Origin: Pseudomonas aeruginosa PAO1
Lineage (GTDB): Bacteria > Pseudomonadota > Gammaproteobacteria > Pseudomonadales > Pseudomonadaceae
DNA length: 64,000 nucleotides
Strand: one strand, 5' to 3'
NCBI RefSeq assembly: GCF_000006765.1
Contig: NC_002516.2
Shown: positions 11,901 to 19,656 of the stretch, one piece after another
Numbering within the stretch: position 1 is the stretch's first letter
Layout of the letters: each line of letters starts with the position of its first letter
The notes under the pieces: generated by a model
The model's input: the letters and a program-made list of their open reading frames with translations, nothing else
The model's database searches: none
Told to the model about the DNA's origin: nothing
Made by a program: the position numbers and the translations under genes

Positions 11901-14900
11901 GGAAAGGCAAGACTGCATACGATTCGTCCGATGGTTTCATCTATCAACCCGGCGGCCGTAACCTGCTGCTCTTGTCCAACGGATGGCTGAACCTGCTGGC
12001 ACCCGCAGCGGATAGCTCGTTACCGGTTCGTCTCGGAGGTTGTGCGGAAGGGGCGGGCTGCGCCGACACCGAACTCTATTCGGAGGGCACTCTGGGTATC
12101 GCCACCAATGGTACGGTGACGTTTGGCGACAACGTTCGTTACGGGACACGCAATCTCAGCCTGGCGCTGAGTACGATCAATATCGGCTCCAGCCAGTCGC
12201 TGGCCGACGCGGCCGCTCGCGGCGTGTTGCCGAACGGCCTGGCGCTGGACCAGACGGTGCTCCAGCGCCTGCTGCGCGGCGAGCGCGGGGCGGGTATTCC
12301 GGCCCTGGAAAACCTGATCCTCAGTGCCCGCGATGCGGTCAACATATACGGTAGCGTCAGCCTCGACACCTACGACCCGGCCACCGGCAAATCCAGCCTG
12401 GCCAACCTGGTGCTGGGCACCCCGGCCATCTACGGCCATGGCACCGGCGAGGATGTTGCCAGCATTCGCACCGCCAGCCTGGTCTGGAGCGGCTCCAGCC
12501 AGCCGGCCGCGGCACCGGTCGCCGGCGGCGCCGGTAGTGGTAGCGGAACCCTGCGGGTGGATGCCGAGCGCATCACCCTGGGCTACGGCGCGAATACCCA
12601 GCCGGCCGGCGAGACCGACGAGGCACGCCTGGCGCTGGGCTTCGCCGAGGTGCAACTGAACGCCAGCGAGCGGATCAGCGCCAACCACAAGGGCAGCTTG
12701 CGGGTCTACCAGCGCCTGGACGGCTACGTCGCCGGCGAAGGCCTGCGCTACAGTGGCGGCGACCTGCGCCTGAGCACGCCGTTGCTGACCGGCGAGGCCG
12801 GCTCGCTGAGTCGGATCAGCAGCGGCGGTAGCCTCAGCCTGGCGGCGCCGGCGGGCGCTGCCGCGGTGACCTTCGACAGCGGCACCGCCGGGCTTGGTGC
12901 CGAGTTGTCCCTCAGCGCCCGCGAGATCCGCCTGGATAGCGCGGTCTCGCTACCCAGCGGCAAGCTGAGCCTGAGCGCCGAAGACGACCTGGAGCTGGGC
13001 GATGGCGCGCGCATTGACCTGGCCGGACGCAAGGCCAGTTTCAACGATGTGGATAAATACAGCTGGGGTGGCGACCTGCTGCTGAGCAGTCGCGCCGGCG
13101 ACATCCGCCAGGCCGCCGGTTCGCTGATCGACCTGTCGGCGCGCAACAACCGCGGCGGTACCCTGAGCGCCGTGGCGTTGGCCGAGGACGCCGGGGTGGT
13201 GGACCTGCAGGGCCGCATACTGGGTGGCGCCAGCGGCGACTACGATGCCGGCGGCACCCGCGTGCCGTTCCTCGGTGGCGAGCTGGAGATCCGCGCCCAG
13301 CGCCTGGGCGATGGCGGCAGCCTGAGCGAGCAGTTCACCGCCTTGAACCAGCGCCTGAACCAGGGCGAGGTCTTCGGCGCGCGGCGCTTCCAGCTCAAGC
13401 AAGGCGACCTGCAGATCGGCGACGGCCTGAAGGCGCATCGCATCGAGGTGTCCCTCGACAATGGCCAGCTCGGCGTGAGCGGAACGGTGGACGCCAGCGG
13501 CGCGCAGGTCGGCGAGATCCGCCTGGCCGGCGGCCGCGGCCTGAGCCTGGGTGGCAACGCGCTGCTGGATGCGCATGGAAGCCTGCTGCGGCGCGACAGC
13601 TACGGGCAGATCATCGACAGCCCGAACCGGGCGATGGTCGAGCTGAGTTCCGGCAGCGGCACCTTGGTCCTGGCCGGCGGCGCGCGCATCGACCTGCGCC
13701 ATGGCACCGCGGCGCCAGCGGAACAGGTTGATGGCGTCGCCCGTGGCACGTTGGAGTTGAACGCGCCACGCCTGGGCGGGGTCAGCGCCGGCGACATCGC
13801 CATCGATGCCAGCGGCGCGCTGGATATCCGCGGCGCCGGCAGCATCGCCCTGAACGCGATGCAGCGTTACGACGATGCGCCCTGGGGCAACGATCCGGCG
13901 GCCGGCGGGCGGTCCTACCAGGTGATCGACCAGGCTTACCTCGATGCGCGGCATGCCGAGAGCAGCGCGTTCATCGCCGCGGCGCTGGCCAACCGCGAGT
14001 TGCTCGACGGCAAGCTGGCCGGACTGACCAATGCCACCTACGCGGATGCTTTCCACCTGCGTCCAGGGGTGGAGATCGTCAGCGCAACGGCGGACGGCGA
14101 TCTGGTGGTGCAGGGCGATCTCGATCTGTCCGGCTACCGCTACGCCAGCCTCAATCCGAACACGCCGCTGACCGAGGTCTACGGTTCCGGCGAGGTCGGC
14201 GCGCTGGTGCTGCGCGCCGGCGGTGACCTGAACCTCTACGGCAGTATCAACGACGGCTTCGCGCCGCCGCCGGACTCGCCGGACGACAAGGGCTGGATCC
14301 TCACCCCGGGAGTGCAGCCGTTCGGTGGCGACCTGGTGGTTCCCGGCCCGGGCGTGGTGCTCGGCGACGGTACCGCGTTCCTCGGCGGCCGCACCCTCAA
14401 CTACGACCTGCCGATCAAGGGCACCACCCTGGCCGCCGGCACCCGTCTGGCCACCGAGGCGGTACTCGAGCAGCCCTATACCCTGGCCGCCGGCAGCGTG
14501 CTGGTAGCGGACATCCACGATGCCGCCGGCACCCTGCTGTACGCCGCGGGCAGCCTGCTGCGCGACGGGGTGACGCTGGAGGTCGGCAGCCGGCTGGGTG
14601 CCGGTACCCTGCTGGCGGCACCGGCCAGCGTGCAGGCGATGACCTGGCCTGCGGGCGTGCCCTTGCCGAGCATCCTGCGCGAGGGGCCCAGCAGACCCAA
14701 TGTCCTGCTGCTCAATGGAGAGCTGGCCTTGGCACGTGGTTCTCTGATCCCTTCGCAGACCGAGGTGGTACTGGCTGGCGATGCGCCTTTCATCGAGTTG
14801 CGGCCCAGCGACGGTGTCCGCCAGGGACGCAACTGGGCATTGGCCGAGATGCTGCCGGCCGGTAGCCAGTCCTGGTCCATGCGCCTGGTCGCCGGTGCCG

Positions 14901-17900
14901 ATCTCGCGGCTGCCGACAACCGTCTGGTGCGTCCGGACTCCTCGGCCAGCCTGAACCTGGCCGATACGCACTATCAGGCGAAGATCGAACAGAGCTCGGG
15001 AGGGCTGGTGTTCACCGATCAGGCTACCGACTGGGGGATCACCCCGGGAACTCCGGTCGACGAGAGCAATGAATGGATCTGCGGGCTGGGGCCGTATTGT
15101 GCCGAGCCTCCCCGCTGGACCTGGGCGCCCGGCAATTACCTGGGCATGCCTGCTGGTACGGCGATCGGCGAGGGCGATCTGTGGTGGTGCAGTGTCGATC
15201 CGTCCCTGTGTATCGAGAATCTCGGCAAAACCGTGGTCACACCGCAGAACCAGTTGTTCAGTGTGCTGCGCACCGGCACTGGCGATCTTGACCTGGCCAG
15301 TGCCGGTAACCTTACGCAATGGTCGCCGTACGGCGTCTATACCGCCGGAACGCAGGCCGCCGATGTCGCGACGGGATTCAATCAGCCTCGCGGTCTGTTC
15401 AATGGGTCGGTACTGGGCGCCGGTGGCGCGGATTACGAAGTGCTCTCAACCAGCCAGTACCAGGCCTGGTATCCGGAACATGGTGGCAACCTCGATATCG
15501 CCGTTGGCGGTGATGTGGTTGGCGATCAATGGGCCGAGAAACTGACAAGTAGCGATCCCATTCGCCCCTTGCCCCCCAGCGCTGCAGTCGGCAACTGGCT
15601 CTGGCGCCAGGGCAGCGCCGATAGGGAAGGAGTGCCGACGGCCTGGTGGGTCAATTTCGGCAGCTATGTGCGTGGCGCGGAGGGAGATGCTCCCTATCTG
15701 GTCGGCTTCACCGGTTTCGGCACTCTGGGAGGCGGCAATCTCAGCATGCGAACCGGAGGTGATGCCGGCAATATCGCGCCACGCGGAGATGGCTCGATAC
15801 CTTCGTCCGGTAACCTTAATCCGCGCAGCCAGGGACTGGTCTTGGCGGTTGCCGGCACTGGCCGGCTCACCTCCGACGGCGCGCTGCAACTTGGCGGCGG
15901 CGGTGACCTGAATGTGAGAATTGGCGGGGAGGTGAACCCGAGCCGGGAGGCGCGGGCTACCCAGACCTACTCGAGTTCGGGGTTTGACGGTCTTTACAGC
16001 GGCGGCACCATTCACGATCTGCAGGGGGCCCTCATCAATCTGCGCGGTTCCGCGAGCTTGTACAGTGGTGCGCTGGGAGGCATCGATCCTCGCTACGACA
16101 CTCTACTGCGGGACCCCGCCGAAGTGCGCAGCAGGGATGCGTTCAGCCCGACGCTGGCTAGCTCCACGGGCGGCCTCACCCTGGTGGCCGGAGATACTGG
16201 CATGCGTCTGGAAACCCGTGGCGACCTGGTCCTGGGCGGGGTGACTGATCCCGGTAGGGTGGGGGTGCCGAATACCGTTGGCTTCACGGCTCCCGATGGC
16301 AGCGTCTACCAAGGGGGCGGGATCGCTTGGTTCAGTCTCTGGACTGCACACACCTCGATCGATCTGTTTGCGGCGGGCGGCAACCTGACGCCCAGCACCC
16401 AATTGGTCGAGGCAACCAACGCTATTCCCATGGCAGGCCGAAACCTGTCGCCTAGCGATGGGCGATTCATCTATCCATCGATAGTACGTGCGGCGGCCCC
16501 GGAAGGAAGTATCTATCTCGGTCCTTCCAGCGGTGACATGGGAGGCGTGAGCCTGAATGTCTCGACCACTCCCTACTCCTTGTTACTGGCACCGTCGCTC
16601 AACGGTGAACTGGAGTTGCTGGCTGGAGACTCCATTTATGCCGGTGGCTATTCGGTGCAACGCTCAGGTGCCGATCCTGCGAACCTGCCATCGATCTGGA
16701 CGCCGGCATTTGCCGGCTACTCCGATGCCGCGCTGCTCAACCCGATAGCCGGCAACGGCAGTCCGGACGGGAATCCGGCCGTCATTGGCGGATTGCCTCT
16801 GTTCTACTTCGGCCCCGATAGCGCTGCGAGCCTGGCGCGCGATCTGCAACCGGCGCGTTTCTATGCGTTGACAGGAGATATCGTCGGGCTCAATAGCGGT
16901 GCGCAGATTCGTTTCGGCGAGCAGGCGGGGAACCGCGCCGGGCAAACCTGGTATGAAGGCGCCGGTCCCGTCTGGATGCGCGCCGGGCGCGACATCGTTG
17001 CCTCCGGAACCCCATTGGGACAGCGTATCAGCGCTCCCAGTCAGATCAGTACGGATGCCTCGTTCACCGGCAACCTCTTCGTCCACGACGACCCCAACGA
17101 CCTCTCGCTGGTCCAGGCCGGCCGCGACATCCTCTACGGCAACTTCAACGTCGCCGGCCCCGGTACCCTGGAGATCAGCGCCGGGCGCAACATCCTCATG
17201 GAGGACCGCGCGGCGATCACCAGTCTCGGTGCGGTGGTGCCGGGCGACAGCCGGCCGGGTGCCGATATCGTGCTCCAGGCCGGCGCGGCGGGGGCCGACT
17301 ATCAGGCCTTCCTCGAGCGCTACCTGGATCCGGCCAACCTGGCGCAGGCCGGCACCCCGCTGGCCGAGCAGCCGGGCAAGGTGGTCAGGACCTACGAAAG
17401 CGAGTTGGCCAAGTGGTTGAACGAGCGCTTCGGCTTCGCCGGCGACGCGGAACAGGCCCAGGCGTTCTTCGCTGGCCTGCCCGCCGAGCAGCAGCGGATC
17501 TTCGCCCGCCAGGTGTACTTCGCCGAACTCAGGGCCGGCGGCCGCGAGTACAACGAAGTCGGCGGGGTACGCCAGGGTAGCTACCTGCGCGGGCGCAACG
17601 CGATCGCCGCGCTGTTCCCCGAGCGCGATCCGGCGGGCAATCCGATCAGCTACGAAGGCGATATCGTCATGTATGGCGGTGCCGGCGTGCACACCGACTT
17701 CGGCGGCGACATCCAGTTGCTCAGCCCCGGCGGGCGCCAGGTGTTCGGTATCGAGGGCGAGGCGCCGCCGTCTACCGCAGGCATCGTCACCCAGGGCCAG
17801 GGCGATATCCAGGCCTACTCGCGGGACAGCATCCTGCTCGGCCAGAGCCGCATCATGACCACCTTCGGCGGCAGTATATTGGCCTGGTCGGCGGAAGGCG

Positions 17901-18499
17901 ACATCAACGCCGGTCGCGGTTCCCAGACCACCGTGGTGTACACCCCGCCGCGGCGCATCTACGACGCCTGGGGCAACGTCAGCCTGTCGCCGCAGGTGCC
18001 CAGCACCGGCGCCGGTATCGCCACCCTCAACCCGATTCCCGAAGTGGCGCCGGGCGACATCGACCTGATCGCCCCGCTCGGCACCATCGATGCCGGCGAG
18101 GCGGGCATCCGGGTCTCCGGCAACGTCAACGTGGCGGCGCTGCAGGTGGTCAACGCGGCGAACATCCAGACCCAGGGCCAGTCCAGCGGCATTCCGCTGG
18201 TGGCTTCGGTGAATACCGGTGCGTTGACCTCCGCCAGCGCCGCGGCGAGTTCCGCGACCCAGGCGGCGGAGGACGTCAGTCGCCAGCAGCAGGCCGCCGC
18301 GCGGCAGCGCATGCCGTCGGTGATCACGGTGCAGGTGCTCGGGTTCGGCAACGAGCGCCTGGAGCCTTCGCGCGACGGCGCCAGTCGTTCGCCGGGCTAC
18401 AACCCGGACAGCGCCGTGCAGGTGCTCGGCGCCGGAGCCCTCGGCGAACAGGCGCGCAGCCAATTGACCGATGAAGAGCGCGGCAACCTGATCCTGTAA
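5957..18499 (+). CDS. pdtA: Giant two-partner-secretion (filamentous haemagglutinin-like) exoprotein, 4180 aa
   Basis: AAGGA RBS before ATG 5957; TPS secretion domain (NWETFNVG...LNRVND...VNRNGVVF); beta-helix-type repeats; conserved C-terminus GDINAGRG...IDAGEAGIRVSGN. Confidence 0.92.
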   Translation: MPSRSPSSARSSRALYAPRLKPLAQAIALLLVAGGAQAAGQPFSAAWFAAKGAAQGGAAGAPRPGAQLPGAPPPLAQQQRVNQQLQRSMANLNNTVAAIAAQQAAQAAGRQAALNLPQDVPDGLGEGGLKVDASLPFEQAWQNAKGPVQTQAAGKTTVSIEQTADKAVLNWETFNVGRNTTVDFQQHADWALLNRVNDPSARPSQIQGQIKADGTVMLVNRNGVVFSGSSQVDVRNLTVAAANISDEQFRQRGLYYDNAGSRPTFTDAAGAVRVEQGAQLRTAAPSGSTRGGGYVLLLGSEVDNAGSIVTPKGQTVLSAGDSFVIRRGQGTDGNLTSTTRGNEVLPGFAADSSAGRVRNSGLVQAATGDISLSGREVEQAGVLLSSSSVDSRGTLHLKASERITLAEGATSAILVDSSGSAALDSQREALLKPLNGSSAAVSRGDDDRRDLSRVEIDSAGSVDFRDGSITLASGGQVAVNAGQRALLRDGAVIDVSGAQGVQVAMETNSIKVNVRGNEQRDASVNREGGGLNSQDVWVDVRDLVRVPAGTNGYASDRWYTAGGLLEVGGYLGTQGHSAGEWMAQGGIVSFTGNDVVTQAGSQINLSGGTLDVQGGYIRQTWLKGSDGRLYELGSAPGDLLYDGIYRGYEAHSERWDQTRYFYNPLIAPTQRYENGYSVGRDAGSLVIGSANARLDGQVVGDTYRGERQTEAPQAGLDGYNQSQNAVARGAQLVVGRYTPYYVKSSGLLEYALGADAGSLKQVVIGTGEVAAEEPTLDAPVAAERQGRLSLDSELLNGFQLGGLKVAAGESIRVDSALTLANGGEAILFANDVAIDADITAHGGSLQAGNVLAQISPNGTIDGFVDAGREAGILRVGDGVRLDASGLWSNLLLAPEDNDTLAYRDGGRISLRSGGDLSLGQGSLLDVSSGAALLADGKRLGGRGGDIALHASAGLAQASDGQLQLGGTLNGLGTSGAGTLSLQSGKVRIGGDDLGDGSLQLAEDFFQQGFASYRVVGRSGLTVAEDAQVRVARPVYRFASGAGEVAAGEAPREALEAWIPPLYLEDALAGRLVQREGADLYLQAGGDGNILGQLDPASQTLELGRGSLVEVDPGRAIVLRGPGQITLDGILNAWGGRIDVRQQQFGALDVTQDNQPKAQGQPHARSIWIGEQALLDVAGRAVTALDGRGRRYGEVQSGGSIVIGGEIDPGKAIATSADAFVIVRPGARLEASGSQAQLDVPGLGRVLLAGDGGRIALSSYNGLYLDGSLRAAAGGSGAAGGSLEIIADAPLYQGFTVVDDRVLAMRELILTAGHADSGLPTLLQPGMDDSALRYGQSRVGTQSLTGGGFDQLSLFSNGPLSFEGNIDLAMGRSLNLYAGTIAATGGGPSEVKLQAPYVRLSGIGMYGQQASGEFRPRLTYGPTATAEQVRLQVSAGRLLDIAGRLSFGSDGVINGVNAEAVRYQRPGFEKVTLRSEGDLRFAGDYPENGDPSGRLITHGDLQLTAAQLYPVTGASSTLYAGYGLDEGGQAVFDAERHLAIERSGESLPDTPLSVFGSLAFMASNIEQGGVVRAPLGLIQFGSNLDRAPGTVRLLPGSLTSVSGAELVMPYGGTTDGINYLVNQVPIQLTGAGGALAAGTLVAGVGLYASEVDVQQGARLDLSGGGELAGAGFISGRGGSTDARFHPLVQQDNDGFRLPELSSNPVYAIVPGHQAVSAPLGGEAGAIQPLVGQQVTIGDGVPGLAAGTYTLLPSTYALLPGAFRVEINGLAGQGAPMATQGLRNGSWATSGQLSIAGTSIRDSLSRQVILSSADTLRRYSQYNEMSYADFIRADAARKNIPRAMLPVDARSLYLGLRADEELRENALSFEGKVDFTPEESGYGGSLIVDAEAGIEILPEGGLPDSDFAGVSLVADDLNAIGASRIAIGTLPYVEYGEQGNFVQFGGSNRLFPVVLRKGAHLSAPEVIIGRDITLEGGSGISTLGKGKTAYDSSDGFIYQPGGRNLLLLSNGWLNLLAPAADSSLPVRLGGCAEGAGCADTELYSEGTLGIATNGTVTFGDNVRYGTRNLSLALSTINIGSSQSLADAAARGVLPNGLALDQTVLQRLLRGERGAGIPALENLILSARDAVNIYGSVSLDTYDPATGKSSLANLVLGTPAIYGHGTGEDVASIRTASLVWSGSSQPAAAPVAGGAGSGSGTLRVDAERITLGYGANTQPAGETDEARLALGFAEVQLNASERISANHKGSLRVYQRLDGYVAGEGLRYSGGDLRLSTPLLTGEAGSLSRISSGGSLSLAAPAGAAAVTFDSGTAGLGAELSLSAREIRLDSAVSLPSGKLSLSAEDDLELGDGARIDLAGRKASFNDVDKYSWGGDLLLSSRAGDIRQAAGSLIDLSARNNRGGTLSAVALAEDAGVVDLQGRILGGASGDYDAGGTRVPFLGGELEIRAQRLGDGGSLSEQFTALNQRLNQGEVFGARRFQLKQGDLQIGDGLKAHRIEVSLDNGQLGVSGTVDASGAQVGEIRLAGGRGLSLGGNALLDAHGSLLRRDSYGQIIDSPNRAMVELSSGSGTLVLAGGARIDLRHGTAAPAEQVDGVARGTLELNAPRLGGVSAGDIAIDASGALDIRGAGSIALNAMQRYDDAPWGNDPAAGGRSYQVIDQAYLDARHAESSAFIAAALANRELLDGKLAGLTNATYADAFHLRPGVEIVSATADGDLVVQGDLDLSGYRYASLNPNTPLTEVYGSGEVGALVLRAGGDLNLYGSINDGFAPPPDSPDDKGWILTPGVQPFGGDLVVPGPGVVLGDGTAFLGGRTLNYDLPIKGTTLAAGTRLATEAVLEQPYTLAAGSVLVADIHDAAGTLLYAAGSLLRDGVTLEVGSRLGAGTLLAAPASVQAMTWPAGVPLPSILREGPSRPNVLLLNGELALARGSLIPSQTEVVLAGDAPFIELRPSDGVRQGRNWALAEMLPAGSQSWSMRLVAGADLAAADNRLVRPDSSASLNLADTHYQAKIEQSSGGLVFTDQATDWGITPGTPVDESNEWICGLGPYCAEPPRWTWAPGNYLGMPAGTAIGEGDLWWCSVDPSLCIENLGKTVVTPQNQLFSVLRTGTGDLDLASAGNLTQWSPYGVYTAGTQAADVATGFNQPRGLFNGSVLGAGGADYEVLSTSQYQAWYPEHGGNLDIAVGGDVVGDQWAEKLTSSDPIRPLPPSAAVGNWLWRQGSADREGVPTAWWVNFGSYVRGAEGDAPYLVGFTGFGTLGGGNLSMRTGGDAGNIAPRGDGSIPSSGNLNPRSQGLVLAVAGTGRLTSDGALQLGGGGDLNVRIGGEVNPSREARATQTYSSSGFDGLYSGGTIHDLQGALINLRGSASLYSGALGGIDPRYDTLLRDPAEVRSRDAFSPTLASSTGGLTLVAGDTGMRLETRGDLVLGGVTDPGRVGVPNTVGFTAPDGSVYQGGGIAWFSLWTAHTSIDLFAAGGNLTPSTQLVEATNAIPMAGRNLSPSDGRFIYPSIVRAAAPEGSIYLGPSSGDMGGVSLNVSTTPYSLLLAPSLNGELELLAGDSIYAGGYSVQRSGADPANLPSIWTPAFAGYSDAALLNPIAGNGSPDGNPAVIGGLPLFYFGPDSAASLARDLQPARFYALTGDIVGLNSGAQIRFGEQAGNRAGQTWYEGAGPVWMRAGRDIVASGTPLGQRISAPSQISTDASFTGNLFVHDDPNDLSLVQAGRDILYGNFNVAGPGTLEISAGRNILMEDRAAITSLGAVVPGDSRPGADIVLQAGAAGADYQAFLERYLDPANLAQAGTPLAEQPGKVVRTYESELAKWLNERFGFAGDAEQAQAFFAGLPAEQQRIFARQVYFAELRAGGREYNEVGGVRQGSYLRGRNAIAALFPERDPAGNPISYEGDIVMYGGAGVHTDFGGDIQLLSPGGRQVFGIEGEAPPSTAGIVTQGQGDIQAYSRDSILLGQSRIMTTFGGSILAWSAEGDINAGRGSQTTVVYTPPRRIYDAWGNVSLSPQVPSTGAGIATLNPIPEVAPGDIDLIAPLGTIDAGEAGIRVSGNVNVAALQVVNAANIQTQGQSSGIPLVASVNTGALTSASAAASSATQAAEDVSRQQQAAARQRMPSVITVQVLGFGNERLEPSRDGASRSPGYNPDSAVQVLGAGALGEQARSQLTDEERGNLIL

Positions 18500-18528
18500 G
18501 GCACCGCCGCGGAGGCACGATACCCGCC

Positions 18529-18556
18529 AGGCCCTCCCCACGGAGGGCCTTTTTTT
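18529..18556 (+). terminator. Intrinsic terminator after pdtA
   Basis: AGGCCCTCC-CCAC-GGAGGGCCT followed by a T run. Confidence 0.9.
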
Positions 18557-18631
18557 CGGCGAACTTCCGAGGTGCTGGTCGATTCTCGGGTGAATGCCCG
18601 TTCGTCCCCGCCGGCGGCGCGCGAACGGCCG

Positions 18632-18683
18632 GTCGCATGAAGTTTTCATGACAAAAGTTCGGTGGTGCGGCGGGGTTGCCGTC
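18632..18683 (+). promoter_or_regulatory. Pho-box-like repeat plus ECF-sigma-type promoter of the phdA operon
   Basis: GTCGCAT-GAAG-TTTTCAT-GACA then TTCGG-N16-CCGTC, identical spacing to the pdtA promoter. Confidence 0.65.
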
Positions 18684-18890
18684 AAACAGGTGTGAATGAG
18701 GAAAACGGAATTCAGTGGTGAAAGGCAGGGACGGGAACGAAAGGAATCGGCCATTTCCCGGTTGCGCTGACCGGTTGCTGGAAATGAGCGTGTCGTTCGA
18801 GAAAGACGCGTTCCGCTCTGAAACAAGAGAACAGTATCCGCTAACGGCCGTGGTCACTCCGGTGAATACGGCGAAGGACGGTGAGTATTG

Positions 18891-19493
18891 ATGGAAAGTT
18901 ACTCGAAAGTCGGTATGCAGGAACTTGATCAGCGCCTATCGAAGATCGTCGAAGCCGCACGCAAGAAACCGGTATCGGTTTATCGATATGGGGCGCCATG
19001 GGTCTGGATAGTGTCCCAGGAAGATTGGCAGGGGGCGCTCAAGGAAGTGTCCAGCTATATACCGCCGGGACATTCCCTGGCGTTGCTGAAACCGCAAATA
19101 GAAAGTCTCCTTGGCGAAGAGGCTAAAGTCCTCTCGGCGCTCGCCCGCGAACATGGCATGCAGTTGGCCCCGGAGCCGCTGATCCACGCGCTGCTGCTGC
19201 AACTGCTGTACGCGATTCCCAGCGAGCAGCAGTTGTACGAGCAATTGAACTACAACCTGCTGTATCGCTGGTTCGTCGGCCTGGAAATGAAGCAGAAGAT
19301 CTGGAATTTTCCGGTTTTCGTCAGCGATATAACCGTCCTGCTGAACAGCGCGGAGGCGGTAAGGATAATAGGCAGGATTATCGGGGAAGTGATTTCCGGG
19401 GATCTCATGCAGATGCCGGAGTTCTCCCTGAACTTCGCCTTGTTGCATACATGGCAAGCGCGCCATGGCGGAGCGCGACGGCTGAATATCTAG
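18891..19493 (+). CDS. phdA: PhdA: Phd/YefM-like N-terminus fused to an IS5-transposase N-terminal (DUF772-like) domain
   Basis: N-terminal ELDQRLSKIVEAARKKPVSVYRYGAP (Phd-like); C-terminal PEPLIHALLLQLLYAIPSEQQLYEQLNYNLLYRWFVGL (DUF772-like). Confidence 0.8.
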   Translation: MESYSKVGMQELDQRLSKIVEAARKKPVSVYRYGAPWVWIVSQEDWQGALKEVSSYIPPGHSLALLKPQIESLLGEEAKVLSALAREHGMQLAPEPLIHALLLQLLYAIPSEQQLYEQLNYNLLYRWFVGLEMKQKIWNFPVFVSDITVLLNSAEAVRIIGRIIGEVISGDLMQMPEFSLNFALLHTWQARHGGARRLNI

Positions 19494-19656
19494 CACGAAA
19501 GTGAAAATAGAAAAGAACGAGATTTCATAAGGGCGGGCGCCGTTTTTAACAGGTTGTTCATGCGTCGCCGCTAGTTTGTTGTCTTTCACAGAACTGTTCG
19601 ATGAACGGACTTGTTGCATTAGAACAATAAGTCCCGATGGAACTTCGGGGGACCGT

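Noticed and set aside
10289-18826. Long antisense ORFs inside pdtA (552, 789 and 720 aa) and similar shadows of hxcR/S, pdtB, exbB2, sdsA1
   Set aside because: Typical stop-poor reverse frames of high-GC coding DNA; no recognisable domains or RBS
18888-19493. phdA as an active IS5 element
   Set aside because: No DDE domain, terminal inverted repeats or target duplication seen
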